The notes under the pieces were generated by a model, which was given only the letters and a program-made list of their open reading frames with translations, did no database searches and was not told where the DNA came from. A stretch of 64,000 bases of DNA. Origin: Escherichia phage PHB12. Positions 8,660-17,667 of this stretch are shown here, one piece after another; position 1 is the first letter of the stretch, and each line of letters opens with the position of its first letter. The translations under genes and the position numbers were made by a program. The stretch is from sequence record MK524178.1. The stretch is one strand, 5' to 3'.

Positions 8660-8942
8660 GAGAAATAATTCCTTGGTAAGCCCAATAAGGAGGATTAACA
8701 GAATCCTCACCCGAGTTTTCTTCAGGAAAATAAACCTGGATAACGAAGCCGGATTCATCAAATGTAAAATAAACTGTAGGCAGTTCACCTAACAATTCGG
8801 CACGAGCATTAATTTCTTCGAGATCTCGTTCACGTCCAGCCCAAAAACTAGGATTTAGATTACATTCGTAAAAATAATAGTCATTACCGAACATATCAAA
8901 CCCATTCCAACTCTCTACCACGTACCGCTCAAAACTAATCAT
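8625..8942 (-). CDS. hypothetical protein
   Basis: 105 aa acidic, aromatic-rich ORF. Confidence 0.4.
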   Translation of the reverse strand: MISFERYVVESWNGFDMFGNDYYFYECNLNPSFWAGRERDLEEINARAELLGELPTVYFTFDESGFVIQVYFPEENSGEDSVNPPYWAYQGIISRGTKLELKEQD

Positions 8943-8944
8943 AA

Positions 8945-9160
8945 TTAAGCCTTTTTATCAAGAACAGAATTCAGTTTGTTAGTAATTTTGTCCAAACGTT
9001 CATTGAATTCGCTGGAGGATAATCCCTTTTCCGGAGAAATTAAACTAATCACGAAAAATACAACAGTAAAAGGAATAAGAAAAATAGCTCCAACTGCCAT
9101 AAACAGAAAGAATGTTACAGTTGTAAGAAAATCAGCTAAACCTTTACGAAATTTATACAT
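8945..9160 (-). CDS. small membrane protein
   Basis: 71 aa; one strongly hydrophobic segment (TVTFFLFMAVGAIFLIPFTVVFFVISLI). Confidence 0.4.
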   Translation of the reverse strand: MYKFRKGLADFLTTVTFFLFMAVGAIFLIPFTVVFFVISLISPEKGLSSSEFNERLDKITNKLNSVLDKKA

Positions 9161-9274
9161 ATTTTACCCTAATTGATTAACCAAGCATTGATAAGCACTA
9201 AACTATACTGCGAATAAAATTCTGGACCAAAATGAAAAATCATATCATTTATAGTATCCATAATATAATTCAAT

Positions 9275-9745
9275 TTAATCATGTTTCCACACCCCATCGG
9301 TATTTGACCAAAGTCGCTGATTATCTGATCCTCGCCACAGTTTTTTGGTCGGAAAATTTTTCTCATACTTCCCATCAATAATAACATCAACATATTTAAG
9401 CATTTCTAGTTGTTTAATATCTTCAAACTTATATCCTGTCCACAACCAAATGCTTTTATTGGGATAAAGATTTTTTACTGTTTGAGCAATGCAATGAACA
9501 ACATCTCTGTTATCAGGATAGAGAGGGTCTCCTCCAGTTATAGTTAATCCTTCTATATAATCATTATTCAAACATTCAATTAATTGTTCTAGCGTTTCAT
9601 CCGTGAATGGAATACCATTTCTAGCATTCCATGTTGATTTATTATAACACCCTTCACATTTATGCAAACAACCTGTAACGAAAAGAACGACCCTGCATCC
9701 AGGGCCATTCACAAAATCGCAGGGATAAAATCTATCATAATTCAT
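9275..9745 (-). CDS. nrdG: anaerobic ribonucleotide reductase activating protein NrdG (radical SAM)
   Basis: 156 aa; CxxxCxxC cluster (CLHKCEGCYN); immediately downstream of nrdD with 4-nt overlap. Confidence 0.85.
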   Translation of the reverse strand: MNYDRFYPCDFVNGPGCRVVLFVTGCLHKCEGCYNKSTWNARNGIPFTDETLEQLIECLNNDYIEGLTITGGDPLYPDNRDVVHCIAQTVKNLYPNKSIWLWTGYKFEDIKQLEMLKYVDVIIDGKYEKNFPTKKLWRGSDNQRLWSNTDGVWKHD

Positions 9746-11559
9746 TGGTGTTTAACCCTATGCATGATTTCTTTATTTTTACCGAGATTAAATCCGCGTT
9801 CGTTCGGATTTCCAAGATAACCGCATGTTCTTCTTATGGTGTTCATCTTTTTAGGATCAGTTTCTCCACAAACTGAACAAACAAATCCGTTTTCAGTAGG
9901 AGTCATTTCATGGGTACTTCCGCATGTAAAACATTTATCTACTGGCATGTTAACACCAAAATAATCTAAATGTTGCGCAGCATAATCCCATACGGCCTCA
10001 AGTCCTTTTAAGTTATTTTTCATATCAGGAAGTTCAACATAAGAAATGTGTCCGCCGGTCGCAATGAAATGATATGGTGCTTCGCGAGAAATCTTTTCAA
10101 ACGGAGTAATATTTTCTTCTACCGAAACGTGGAAACTATTAGTGTACCAGCCTTTATCAGTAACATCTTTTACACTTCCATATTTCTCAGTATCAAGTTT
10201 ACAGAAGCGATAGCACAGGTTTTCAGCGGGTGTAGAATACAAGCTAAAAGCAAAACCAGTTCTTTCGGTCCACTGCTTAAGACGAGCATTCATTTTAGTT
10301 AAAATTTCTTGTCCAATATCACGACCGACAAGAATATTCAATTCGTGAATACCAATGTATCCTAAGGACACCGAACTTCTACCGTTTTTAAATAACTCAA
10401 TTATATCATCGTCAGGTTTCAGACGAACCCCAAATGCACCTTCTTGGTAAAGAATAGGAGCAACTGTTGCTTTAACTCCTTTTAATGAACTAATTCTACA
10501 CATCAATGCTTCAAAACACAGATCCATTCGTTCATTAAATAGCTCAACAAATTTCTGTTCATTGAATTGTGTTCCAATATAAGAATCTAACGCAATACGA
10601 GGAAGATTCAGTGTTACAACACCAAGATTATTACGTCCATCAAGAATTTCATTACCAGTCGAATCTTTCCATACACTCAAGAAACTACGACAACCCATTG
10701 GAGAAACAGGAATAGATGAACCAGTGATAGCTTTATTGTTCTTAACTGAAATAATATCAGGATACATTCTTTTGCTTGCACACTCTAGAGCAAGCTGCTT
10801 AATATCATAGTTCGGGTCGTCTTTATAAAGATTGACACCCTCTTCAACGAACATAACAAGTTTAGGGAAAATAGGAGTTATTCCATCACGACCAAGGCCT
10901 TTAATGCGGTTTTTAAGAATTGCCTTCTGAATCATTCGTTCAGTCCAATCGGTTCCCGTACCAAATGTAATTGTTACAAAAGGCGTTTGTCCGTTTGAAC
11001 TAAAGAGAGTATTTACTTCATATTCATAAGCTTGGAATGCATCGTATACGTCTTTTTCTGTTTTAGATTGGGCATAATTCAACGCATCAGCGATTTGCCA
11101 TTTTTCTGCATCCTCAATATGTTTTGCATAGGTGCGTTTAACATAAGGAGAAAGTACTTTATCTACATTCGCAAAAGTCGTTCCGCCATATTGATGGGAA
11201 GCGACCTGTGCAGTAATTTGTGCCATAATTGCAGTAGCAACACCGATCGATTTAGGCGTTTCAATTTGAGCATTACCTAGCTTAAATCCGTTCTCAAGCA
11301 TTCCTTTTAAATCTACTAAACAGCAATTAGTAAACGGAAGAGCAGGAGAATAATCAATATCATGGAAATGGATAATTCCGCTTTCATGTGCTTTCATAAT
11401 AAAAGACGGGACCATATTTTTGGCAATGTGCTTAGACACAATACCAGCCATAAGGTCCCGTTGAGTTGGAAAAACACGAGAATCTTTATTAGCATTCTCG
11501 TTCAAAAGATCTTTATTAGTTTTATGAATTAATCCTTCAATTTCTTTTTCAATTTTCAT
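9742..11559 (-). CDS. nrdD: anaerobic ribonucleoside-triphosphate reductase NrdD (class III)
   Basis: 605 aa, continuous (no intron); C-terminal glycyl-radical motif RRTCGYLG and Zn-binding CxxC...CxxC; same length as T4 NrdD. Confidence 0.9.
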   Translation of the reverse strand: MKIEKEIEGLIHKTNKDLLNENANKDSRVFPTQRDLMAGIVSKHIAKNMVPSFIMKAHESGIIHFHDIDYSPALPFTNCCLVDLKGMLENGFKLGNAQIETPKSIGVATAIMAQITAQVASHQYGGTTFANVDKVLSPYVKRTYAKHIEDAEKWQIADALNYAQSKTEKDVYDAFQAYEYEVNTLFSSNGQTPFVTITFGTGTDWTERMIQKAILKNRIKGLGRDGITPIFPKLVMFVEEGVNLYKDDPNYDIKQLALECASKRMYPDIISVKNNKAITGSSIPVSPMGCRSFLSVWKDSTGNEILDGRNNLGVVTLNLPRIALDSYIGTQFNEQKFVELFNERMDLCFEALMCRISSLKGVKATVAPILYQEGAFGVRLKPDDDIIELFKNGRSSVSLGYIGIHELNILVGRDIGQEILTKMNARLKQWTERTGFAFSLYSTPAENLCYRFCKLDTEKYGSVKDVTDKGWYTNSFHVSVEENITPFEKISREAPYHFIATGGHISYVELPDMKNNLKGLEAVWDYAAQHLDYFGVNMPVDKCFTCGSTHEMTPTENGFVCSVCGETDPKKMNTIRRTCGYLGNPNERGFNLGKNKEIMHRVKHQ

Positions 11560-12029
11560 TTTAAACTCTTTCTAAGCTGCTTTTTGAATGAAGCTATTAA
11601 TTGTGTTTTGGTATCAGATTCATTATATTCAAATCCTCTTTGAAGCATCTCAGCCATCATTTCCTCTTTACCTAGTCTTGAGAACTCTTTAGTTTTGTCT
11701 GGAACAAAATTAGGATGGATATTATTATCAGAATAATCTTGTTTCAAATAAGCAAGAAGAGCTTCAAGCCATTCTAAGTAGTCAACGTTTTGTCCTTTCA
11801 AACCGGAACGGTTGAACTTATGCTTCATTTGGCCTTCTGCTGCGTTGCACAGATTACAGAGTAACCCACGAACTCTACCTGCTTTTGGCCCGTTTAATTC
11901 GTGGTCGTGGTCAAGATGGTTACCTTGAACATCAGGGTCTAATTCACGGTGGCAAATAGGACACTTACCATTCTGTGCATCATAAAATTTTTGTTTTTCT
12001 TCTTTATATTTTGCGCCTGATAATAACAT
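11556..12029 (-). CDS. 49: endonuclease VII (Holliday junction resolvase) gp49
   Basis: 157 aa; MLLSGAKYKEEKQKFYDAQNGKCPICHRELDPDVQGNHLDHDHELNGPKAG... closely matches T4 gp49 as recalled. Confidence 0.85.
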   Translation of the reverse strand: MLLSGAKYKEEKQKFYDAQNGKCPICHRELDPDVQGNHLDHDHELNGPKAGRVRGLLCNLCNAAEGQMKHKFNRSGLKGQNVDYLEWLEALLAYLKQDYSDNNIHPNFVPDKTKEFSRLGKEEMMAEMLQRGFEYNESDTKTQLIASFKKQLRKSLK

Positions 12030-12036
12030 GATAAAC

Positions 12037-12077
12037 CCTTACCTTAAATAGATAAGGGTATTTATAATTTAGTAAAC
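12037..12077 (-). promoter_or_regulatory. gene 49 leader: late promoter TATAAATA plus upstream GTTTAC, followed by hairpin covering the RBS region
   Basis: Minus strand GTTTAC-TAAAT-TATAAATA (rc of 12059-12077), then imperfect inverted repeat AACCCTTA...TAAGGGT (12037-12062) immediately before the ATG. Confidence 0.5.
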
Positions 12078-12266
12078 GTTATAAAAGTTACGATGAGAAC
12101 GTTTAGCTTTGCGAAGCTGACGTTTAGTAGGACGAACTGTAAATGGTTGTCCAGAGAAAAAATTCGGATCGGTTTTAATAAGCAAATACCAATCATGCTT
12201 GCCATTTTTTAATAAACGGTACAATAATTTAACTTGCATAATAATCTCTTCCCATTTCCATATCAA
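12069..12266 (-). CDS. hypothetical basic protein
   Basis: 65 aa ORF with basic C-terminus. Confidence 0.35.
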   Translation of the reverse strand: MIWKWEEIIMQVKLLYRLLKNGKHDWYLLIKTDPNFFSGQPFTVRPTKRQLRKAKRSHRNFYNVY

Positions 12267-12367
12267 TTAATTCATTTATTGAAGGCTCATCATAACATGT
12301 TTCTTCGTCGTTGTAAACTGTTTCGACGTCTGGCTCAACAGTCTCCCATCGAGCCGAATACCACGGT

Positions 12368-12703
12368 TTAACCGCGGAGCTTATTGAGCTCTTCATAATA
12401 AATCCAGGATTCTAGCCCAGACGGCAAATCAGATTCAACATTCCACAGAAGCTCTTCGATGGCTTGTAGGCGATTATATTCTTCAACAGTAATAGTAACC
12501 ATTGTTTCAGGCTTTTTAACCATCATGTCATTCATCAGAATGTACAGGTCTTCACAAACAGCCGGGTCGTCCCATGTCCATATTTCAGCATCTCGAACCA
12601 ATGAAGTCGGAATCGAATTTAAAACTTCAAGCTTAGTAGGAGCGTCAGGGCCGAGAAGAGTTGCTACAAATTTATATGCTTTGGCGAAATCAATATCGTT
12701 CAT
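12368..12703 (-). CDS. hypothetical protein
   Basis: 111 aa acidic ORF; 4-nt overlap with nrdC. Confidence 0.4.
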   Translation of the reverse strand: MNDIDFAKAYKFVATLLGPDAPTKLEVLNSIPTSLVRDAEIWTWDDPAVCEDLYILMNDMMVKKPETMVTITVEEYNRLQAIEELLWNVESDLPSGLESWIYYEELNKLRG

Positions 12704-12963
12704 TTAAAATATTCTCGCAGTTGGTCGAATCCACCAATATGACTTCCGTCAGGAGCAAACACTTGAGGCATAGTCAATCCGACTTGTGATTCACGTCCAA
12801 GCTTAACCAGAAGCTCAGCAATTTTCTCATCATCAAAAACACCCTTTTCTGGCATAACATTAATGAATTCGAATGGCTGTTTCTTAACAGTCAGCAATCG
12901 TTTCGCATTATCGCAATAAATGCATTTATGAATAGTAGAGTCGTACCCGTACACTTTAAACAT
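12700..12963 (-). CDS. nrdC: glutaredoxin/thioredoxin NrdC
   Basis: MFKVYGYDSTIHKCIYCDNAKRLL... with CxYC motif; 87 aa from internal ATG at 12961-12963, as in T4 NrdC. Confidence 0.8.
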   Translation of the reverse strand: MFKVYGYDSTIHKCIYCDNAKRLLTVKKQPFEFINVMPEKGVFDDEKIAELLVKLGRESQVGLTMPQVFAPDGSHIGGFDQLREYFK

Positions 12964-13369
12964 TATTTTTCCTTTCATCAATTAAATATGCAACGCCAAA
13001 TACAATACATGTAATAAAACCTGTGATACAGATAGAAACCAACAACACTGTACCAAAGAACCAAATCAAGTTATCTTTAGTAGTTTGTTTGATATCCATC
13101 TCACGAATTTCTATAGCTATCGTATCACCTTTATTCAGAAGCGTATAAAACGATGGCGATACACGCCTGTCAAAAACTCGACCTTGTTCATCTTTATAAA
13201 CTGCAATAAATTCCAATTTAGAATATTTTCCTGTAGATTGTCCTGAAATTAATTCCACTACCTCTACAGGAATTACTTTAGTTTCCATGTAAGTATTCTG
13301 GCTGTTCCAAATGAATGGAATGATGGCAAAAACTAAAGCTGCAATAAAACAACGAAGGCTATATCTCAT
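12956..13369 (-). CDS. membrane protein (two predicted transmembrane segments)
   Basis: 137 aa; hydrophobic N-terminal and C-terminal segments. Confidence 0.4.
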   Translation of the reverse strand: MRYSLRCFIAALVFAIIPFIWNSQNTYMETKVIPVEVVELISGQSTGKYSKLEFIAVYKDEQGRVFDRRVSPSFYTLLNKGDTIAIEIREMDIKQTTKDNLIWFFGTVLLVSICITGFITCIVFGVAYLIDERKNNV

Positions 13370-13674
13370 TATAATGTTCTCTCAAATTTGTGGAAGCATT
13401 TACGGCATTTCAATTTCAAGTTATCAGTGGTCCAGTTAACCAGTTGGACTTGGATAGTTCCACATTCCGGGCATGGATGTTTTGCTGCCGATTTGGCAGC
13501 ATTTTCACGTCGTTCAACCATTTTCATTATTTCGTTCCATGCCGGAGGAACGAACTCTTCTTCACCGTGGATTTTATCTCGCTGAACAAATTCAATCTTT
13601 GAACTATCGTCAATAAACTTAACCAAGCCATGATTAGTGCTCATATCAATATCCTCTAAAAGACGTAGTTTCAT
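13369..13674 (-). CDS. zinc-ribbon protein
   Basis: 101 aa; CPECG...CRKC four-cysteine cluster at C-terminus. Confidence 0.4.
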   Translation of the reverse strand: MKLRLLEDIDMSTNHGLVKFIDDSSKIEFVQRDKIHGEEEFVPPAWNEIMKMVERRENAAKSAAKHPCPECGTIQVQLVNWTTDNLKLKCRKCFHKFERTL

Positions 13675-14624
13675 TATAAAACCTCAATAGCATTTCGTAA
13701 ACCATCAGCTTTTGCATTCAGAGCTTTTAATGATTTAGTTTGTTCTGCAATCTGGGCTTCGACTTCTTTCAGACGAGATTTGAGATATTCGCGTTCTTCT
13801 CTTAAATTATCAACTTTTTCTACTTTAGTCTCTTTAATAGGCTTAGGTTTATACTCGTTAGGGTTCTTCAACTTAATTTGAATGCGAGAACTGTATAACA
13901 TTGAACCATTATCTTCAGTTTCATCATACATTTCTACCACGTCCATAGTCTGTAACATCATACGAAGTTTATAAGACAGCGAACGAACGGTTTTGTTGCG
14001 CTTATTAATTTCTTCGGCTTTCATGGTACCGAGATTACGTGAGTAGTAATAAGGAACCTGGATATCAATTGATAACGATGCAGCGCCATTACCGGTTGGT
14101 TTGAATACTGCAGTAACCCAATCTTTAACATGAACTTTATTTGTACGACCATCACCGCCTGTGAATAATTTACGTGAATGTTTAAAAAGCATATTCACTT
14201 GGTTATTGAATTCACAAGCAAATTTATCAGCAAATTTAGTTTCAGGAATGGTAGATAACCAATCAGCCAAATGAGTCTTTTTAACATCGTTAATAATAGT
14301 AAATTCAACCAAATCAGTTTTAGATGTCACAGATTTAATAAAGCTCGGCTTCATAAAGTTTTTAATGTTATCTCGAGCTACAGTAGAAGATAATAAACGA
14401 GAACGTTTGAACCATTGAAGCAGTGTCCCTAATGAATGAGAATACGCATTCTGAGTATCTTTACAGATATGATTTTCTTGGCCTGTGTATGTACCAAAAT
14501 CGCGAAGAATGCCACTTACTACAACTCGGTGTGGAACATCAAATCCTAATAAACCAGAAGCACGTTGGGCATGAACGTTAGCGATAAGACCTGCAAAATA
14601 ATCAACATAATGTGAACGTGTCAT
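13674..14624 (-). CDS. hypothetical protein with C-terminal coiled coil (first of three consecutive similar-architecture genes)
   Basis: 316 aa; C-terminal about 60 aa heptad-like (EEREYLKSRLKEVEAQIAEQTKSLKALNAKADGLRNAIEVL). Confidence 0.5.
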   Translation of the reverse strand: MTRSHYVDYFAGLIANVHAQRASGLLGFDVPHRVVVSGILRDFGTYTGQENHICKDTQNAYSHSLGTLLQWFKRSRLLSSTVARDNIKNFMKPSFIKSVTSKTDLVEFTIINDVKKTHLADWLSTIPETKFADKFACEFNNQVNMLFKHSRKLFTGGDGRTNKVHVKDWVTAVFKPTGNGAASLSIDIQVPYYYSRNLGTMKAEEINKRNKTVRSLSYKLRMMLQTMDVVEMYDETEDNGSMLYSSRIQIKLKNPNEYKPKPIKETKVEKVDNLREEREYLKSRLKEVEAQIAEQTKSLKALNAKADGLRNAIEVL

Positions 14625-14653
14625 AATATTTTCCTCTCGTTAAGATAGAAAGA

Positions 14654-14682
14654 TTATACTCCAACCATCCTTGGTTGTAAAC
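14654..14682 (-). promoter_or_regulatory. early promoter (GTTTAC-17-TATAAT) with hairpin in spacer
   Basis: Minus strand GTTTACAACCAAGGATGGTTGGAGTATAAT; spacer carries inverted repeat CAACCA/TGGTTG; near-identical copy at 15643-15671. Confidence 0.6.
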
Positions 14683-14686
14683 TGAT

Positions 14687-15616
14687 TTATGATTTTAATG
14701 CATTCATTGCATTAAAAAGTTTAGAGTATTGCAACTGGAGTTTGGTAACTACTTGTTGAGCATCACGAAGCTTAGCTTGTGCTTTGTCAAGTTCAACAGA
14801 CAGTTGGTCCACAGTGGCTTTGATTTGATTATAATAGTAATCTTCGGCAGGAAGAAGACCGTTAGAGATTTCCAGTTTAGTCGACGGTGTGCCGTTAAAC
14901 ATAACAGGTTGTGCTGAAGCTGCATTAATCTTACCGATAGTCGGGGCGACAATAATTGACGCTTCGAACGTTGCATTTTCCTTTTTAAGATTTTGATAGT
15001 ATTCAGAGTCTTTGTGCCACCATGGCGCAGGAACCTTTTTACCAATAGATACACGAGCCTGGATAGCGATATGGCCCTTATTCTTGATAACGTCGATAAT
15101 ATTAAGCTCACGAGAATAAATTGCTTTAATCTGGTGGATATTATCACCTAACACTTCCAACGCTTGGTGGAATACACGAGCAACGTTATCATTCTTAGGT
15201 TTATACGTAAGAGTGAACTCGTTCTCACTGATAACCATGATTTCTAACTTATCGTAAGTATATTTCAAATGTTTCATGTTAATTGCTTGAGGACGAATAC
15301 GAGAAGCAATGGCCATCAGATTGTTAAGGTTATTCCGGAACTGCTTAGCGAAATATTGTCCTTCACCGCCAATACAAAAATTACGAAGTTTCTGTTTGGC
15401 TAATAAACGGCTGAACTCACCATTTTTAATGAACTCTTTAACGGGTGTGTTAGTAACGCATTCAAATTGAGTAAACTTACGAGAAGTAATCCCATAATAT
15501 GAACAGATTTCCTCAATCTCTTCAGGAGTCTTTACAGGCATACGGATAGGATTAGGACCTGGGGTATATGCGTTAGAGGTAAATTCTTTGATAAGTTCTC
15601 TACGTGTAATAGCCAT
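14687..15616 (-). CDS. hypothetical protein with C-terminal coiled coil (second of three)
   Basis: 309 aa; C-terminal coiled coil (DQLSVELDKAQAKLRDAQQVVTKLQLQYSKLFNAMNALKS). Confidence 0.5.
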   Translation of the reverse strand: MAITRRELIKEFTSNAYTPGPNPIRMPVKTPEEIEEICSYYGITSRKFTQFECVTNTPVKEFIKNGEFSRLLAKQKLRNFCIGGEGQYFAKQFRNNLNNLMAIASRIRPQAINMKHLKYTYDKLEIMVISENEFTLTYKPKNDNVARVFHQALEVLGDNIHQIKAIYSRELNIIDVIKNKGHIAIQARVSIGKKVPAPWWHKDSEYYQNLKKENATFEASIIVAPTIGKINAASAQPVMFNGTPSTKLEISNGLLPAEDYYYNQIKATVDQLSVELDKAQAKLRDAQQVVTKLQLQYSKLFNAMNALKS

Positions 15617-15642
15617 TTTATATTCCTCATGTTGAAAAATTT

Positions 15643-15671
15643 ATTATACTCCAACCATCCTTGGTTGTACA
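15643..15671 (-). promoter_or_regulatory. early promoter with hairpin in spacer (copy of the 14654-14682 cassette)
   Basis: Shares TTATACTCCAACCATCCTTGGTTGTA with the 14654 copy. Confidence 0.55.
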
Positions 15672-16667
15672 TCATTCCTTAAGAAGTTTTACTACTTGAA
15701 TAAGATTAGCTCGTTCTGTTTTATTTTTACTGTTTAAGCCTGCTAATCGTGAGATTTCATCATCAGTCTGTTGAATAGTTACATTAAGTTCGCTAATCAA
15801 AGCTTCAAAGTATTTGATTTGCTCAGCATGTTTTGATTCAAATTTCTGAACCGGAATAACGTCCTGGTTTAGTTCATCAATAAGGTCTTTAAGAGCATCT
15901 TCTTGATTGATATCATATTCAACTTCTTTTATTTCTTCAACGAGCTCGTCTTTATATCTAACGTCTTTTAGTCCTGGTGATGGTCCTGAAATCTCTTCTT
16001 TAAGAGTACAAACATATCCAATACGGTATCCAATGCCGTCTCGCTTGATATCAACTTCGTCAATAAATCCACAATGTTTAAGACCAGAGCCGATTAGGTC
16101 AAAATATCCTTGACGTCGTCCTTCAAACGTTACACGAACTACTAAGACAGTTTTACCTGCAACCTTTTGAAGCTCACATTTATAAAAGTCTGTTGAACCT
16201 GAATAACGTGGATGAGTTTTAAAGTTCATCTGACGATCTAGGCCCATTTGTAAGCGTGCTGATACGGCCATAAAACGTGTTTGGTTCTCGTTAAGATGAG
16301 CAACAATCCATTTCAAAGGCATTTTACACTGTTCACGACCGAACAAATCAGTACGTCCTAGATTACGCAGGATGTTGTTAGAGTTAATCATCGACAGAAC
16401 GTTAAGTTTATTCAGCGCGCTGAAGATTCCATCGGCCATTGATTTTCCGTAACCTTTACACGCTTTAATAAGCGCTCGCGGTAGATTAGTATAAATTTCA
16501 GACGGCATATGAAAATCAAATTTACTAGTCAGTAATTGATGAACTTGGATAGCAATTTGCTCATAATTAAGTGCTCTGCGATCATTATGGTCTTTAAACC
16601 ACACTTTAATCTGTGAAGCACATAAACCGTTAATTTCATGTTTTACCGCATCAGATGTAATGCTCAT
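15672..16667 (-). CDS. hypothetical protein with C-terminal coiled coil (third of three)
   Basis: 331 aa; acidic linker then coiled coil (AEQIKYFEALISELNVTIQQTDDEISRLAGL...). Confidence 0.5.
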   Translation of the reverse strand: MSITSDAVKHEINGLCASQIKVWFKDHNDRRALNYEQIAIQVHQLLTSKFDFHMPSEIYTNLPRALIKACKGYGKSMADGIFSALNKLNVLSMINSNNILRNLGRTDLFGREQCKMPLKWIVAHLNENQTRFMAVSARLQMGLDRQMNFKTHPRYSGSTDFYKCELQKVAGKTVLVVRVTFEGRRQGYFDLIGSGLKHCGFIDEVDIKRDGIGYRIGYVCTLKEEISGPSPGLKDVRYKDELVEEIKEVEYDINQEDALKDLIDELNQDVIPVQKFESKHAEQIKYFEALISELNVTIQQTDDEISRLAGLNSKNKTERANLIQVVKLLKE

Positions 16668-16702
16668 AACTATTTCCTCAGATTGAATTGGAACTCAAAA
16701 CC

Positions 16703-16726
16703 ATTATAACCCGTCCTTGGGTAAAG
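16703..16726 (-). promoter_or_regulatory. degenerate copy of the CCAAGGA(T/C)GG promoter cassette
   Basis: CCATTATAACCCGTCCTTGGGTAAAG resembles the 14654/15643 cassettes but the spacer is shortened. Confidence 0.25.
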
Positions 16727-16729
16727 CGT

Positions 16730-17257
16730 TTATGCGTGAACCGTCTTTAAACGTTCTTCAAATTTCCGAAGAGTACTAATACGTTCTGCTTTCTGTTTTG
16801 TATAGTTTGCAATACGTTCTGAAGTGAGAGCGTATCGTTCGTTTACTGTTTCTTTCATGAAGTCAGGGATTTCACGAGAAGCTTTAATTTCATCAAACTT
16901 ATCGAGTACTGCCTGGTCTTCAGCGATTAAATTTTCGTACATCTCGATATCTTTCTTGATAAACTCGATATCTTCCTGGGTTACTTTGGATAAACGAGAT
17001 GCTTTATCCTTTTTGTACTGCTCGTTAGTTTCACGAGACCAGAATAATGTACGTTTTTTGTTAGTGTTTTTGTAGACTTCCACAATTCCAACTGAATCGA
17101 TGATAGCAATCCAATTCCAGTGAGATTTGAAAATCTGACCTCCGTCCACGGTAATCTCGTTACCATAAGCAACGTCATTAAAGAACTTGCTTTGTGCTTC
17201 AGATTTAAATTTACCGTCGTTATAATTTACCAGGTTGAAAATATCTTTAGCGTTCAT
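16730..17257 (-). CDS. hypothetical protein
   Basis: 175 aa; charged C-terminal half; GGAGG RBS upstream. Confidence 0.45.
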   Translation of the reverse strand: MNAKDIFNLVNYNDGKFKSEAQSKFFNDVAYGNEITVDGGQIFKSHWNWIAIIDSVGIVEVYKNTNKKRTLFWSRETNEQYKKDKASRLSKVTQEDIEFIKKDIEMYENLIAEDQAVLDKFDEIKASREIPDFMKETVNERYALTSERIANYTKQKAERISTLRKFEERLKTVHA

Positions 17258-17276
17258 GTTTTACCTCCAGTAGTTG

Positions 17277-17313
17277 ATAGGTCTATAATAACATAACCAT
17301 AGACCTTGTAAAC
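17277..17313 (-). promoter_or_regulatory. promoter-early stem-loop cassette (GTTTAC ... TATTAT with hairpin AGGTCTAT/ATAGACCT)
   Basis: Perfect 8-bp inverted repeat flanking the -10 region; GTTTAC at rc of 17308-17313. Confidence 0.55.
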
Positions 17314-17315
17314 AA

Positions 17316-17657
17316 CTAAAAGAAACTTTTTTCGGTATTTTTTCCACTGAACCAAGCGGATTGGGTAGTATTTTTCCGTTGGTGTTCGATACGAATGCGA
17401 TATTCATTCCTGATGGCGCAGAGTTCACCTCGGAAGTCGCCTGCCAACTTTACCTGCTTTCGGTCTAGATTTATTAAGGCCTGAGTCTTCGCGGCCAAGA
17501 GCAGTCTCTTGTAGTCTCCTTCTTCACAATCGGTTTTATAAACTCTATTGGTATATCCGTTGATAACTTCTTTATCATAGTCCTCGACGGATTGTTTCAT
17601 AGCTTTGGAAAAAGTCTGACCTGCGTTATAAAGATTGTAAATAAATTGTTCAAACAT
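17316..17657 (-). CDS. hypothetical protein
   Basis: 113 aa ORF. Confidence 0.4.
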   Translation of the reverse strand: MFEQFIYNLYNAGQTFSKAMKQSVEDYDKEVINGYTNRVYKTDCEEGDYKRLLLAAKTQALINLDRKQVKLAGDFRGELCAIRNEYRIRIEHQRKNTTQSAWFSGKNTEKSFF

Positions 17658-17667
17658 AATTTCACCT

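Noticed and set aside
9169-9393. 74-aa minus-strand ORF overlapping the 3' part of nrdG
   Set aside because: It lies almost entirely inside nrdG in another frame, is hydrophobic and low-complexity, and has no RBS; most likely a shadow ORF.
9742-11559. Group I intron or homing endonuclease in nrdD, as found in T4
   Set aside because: The nrdD reading frame is continuous for 605 codons with no insertion, and no GIY-YIG or HNH ORF is nearby.
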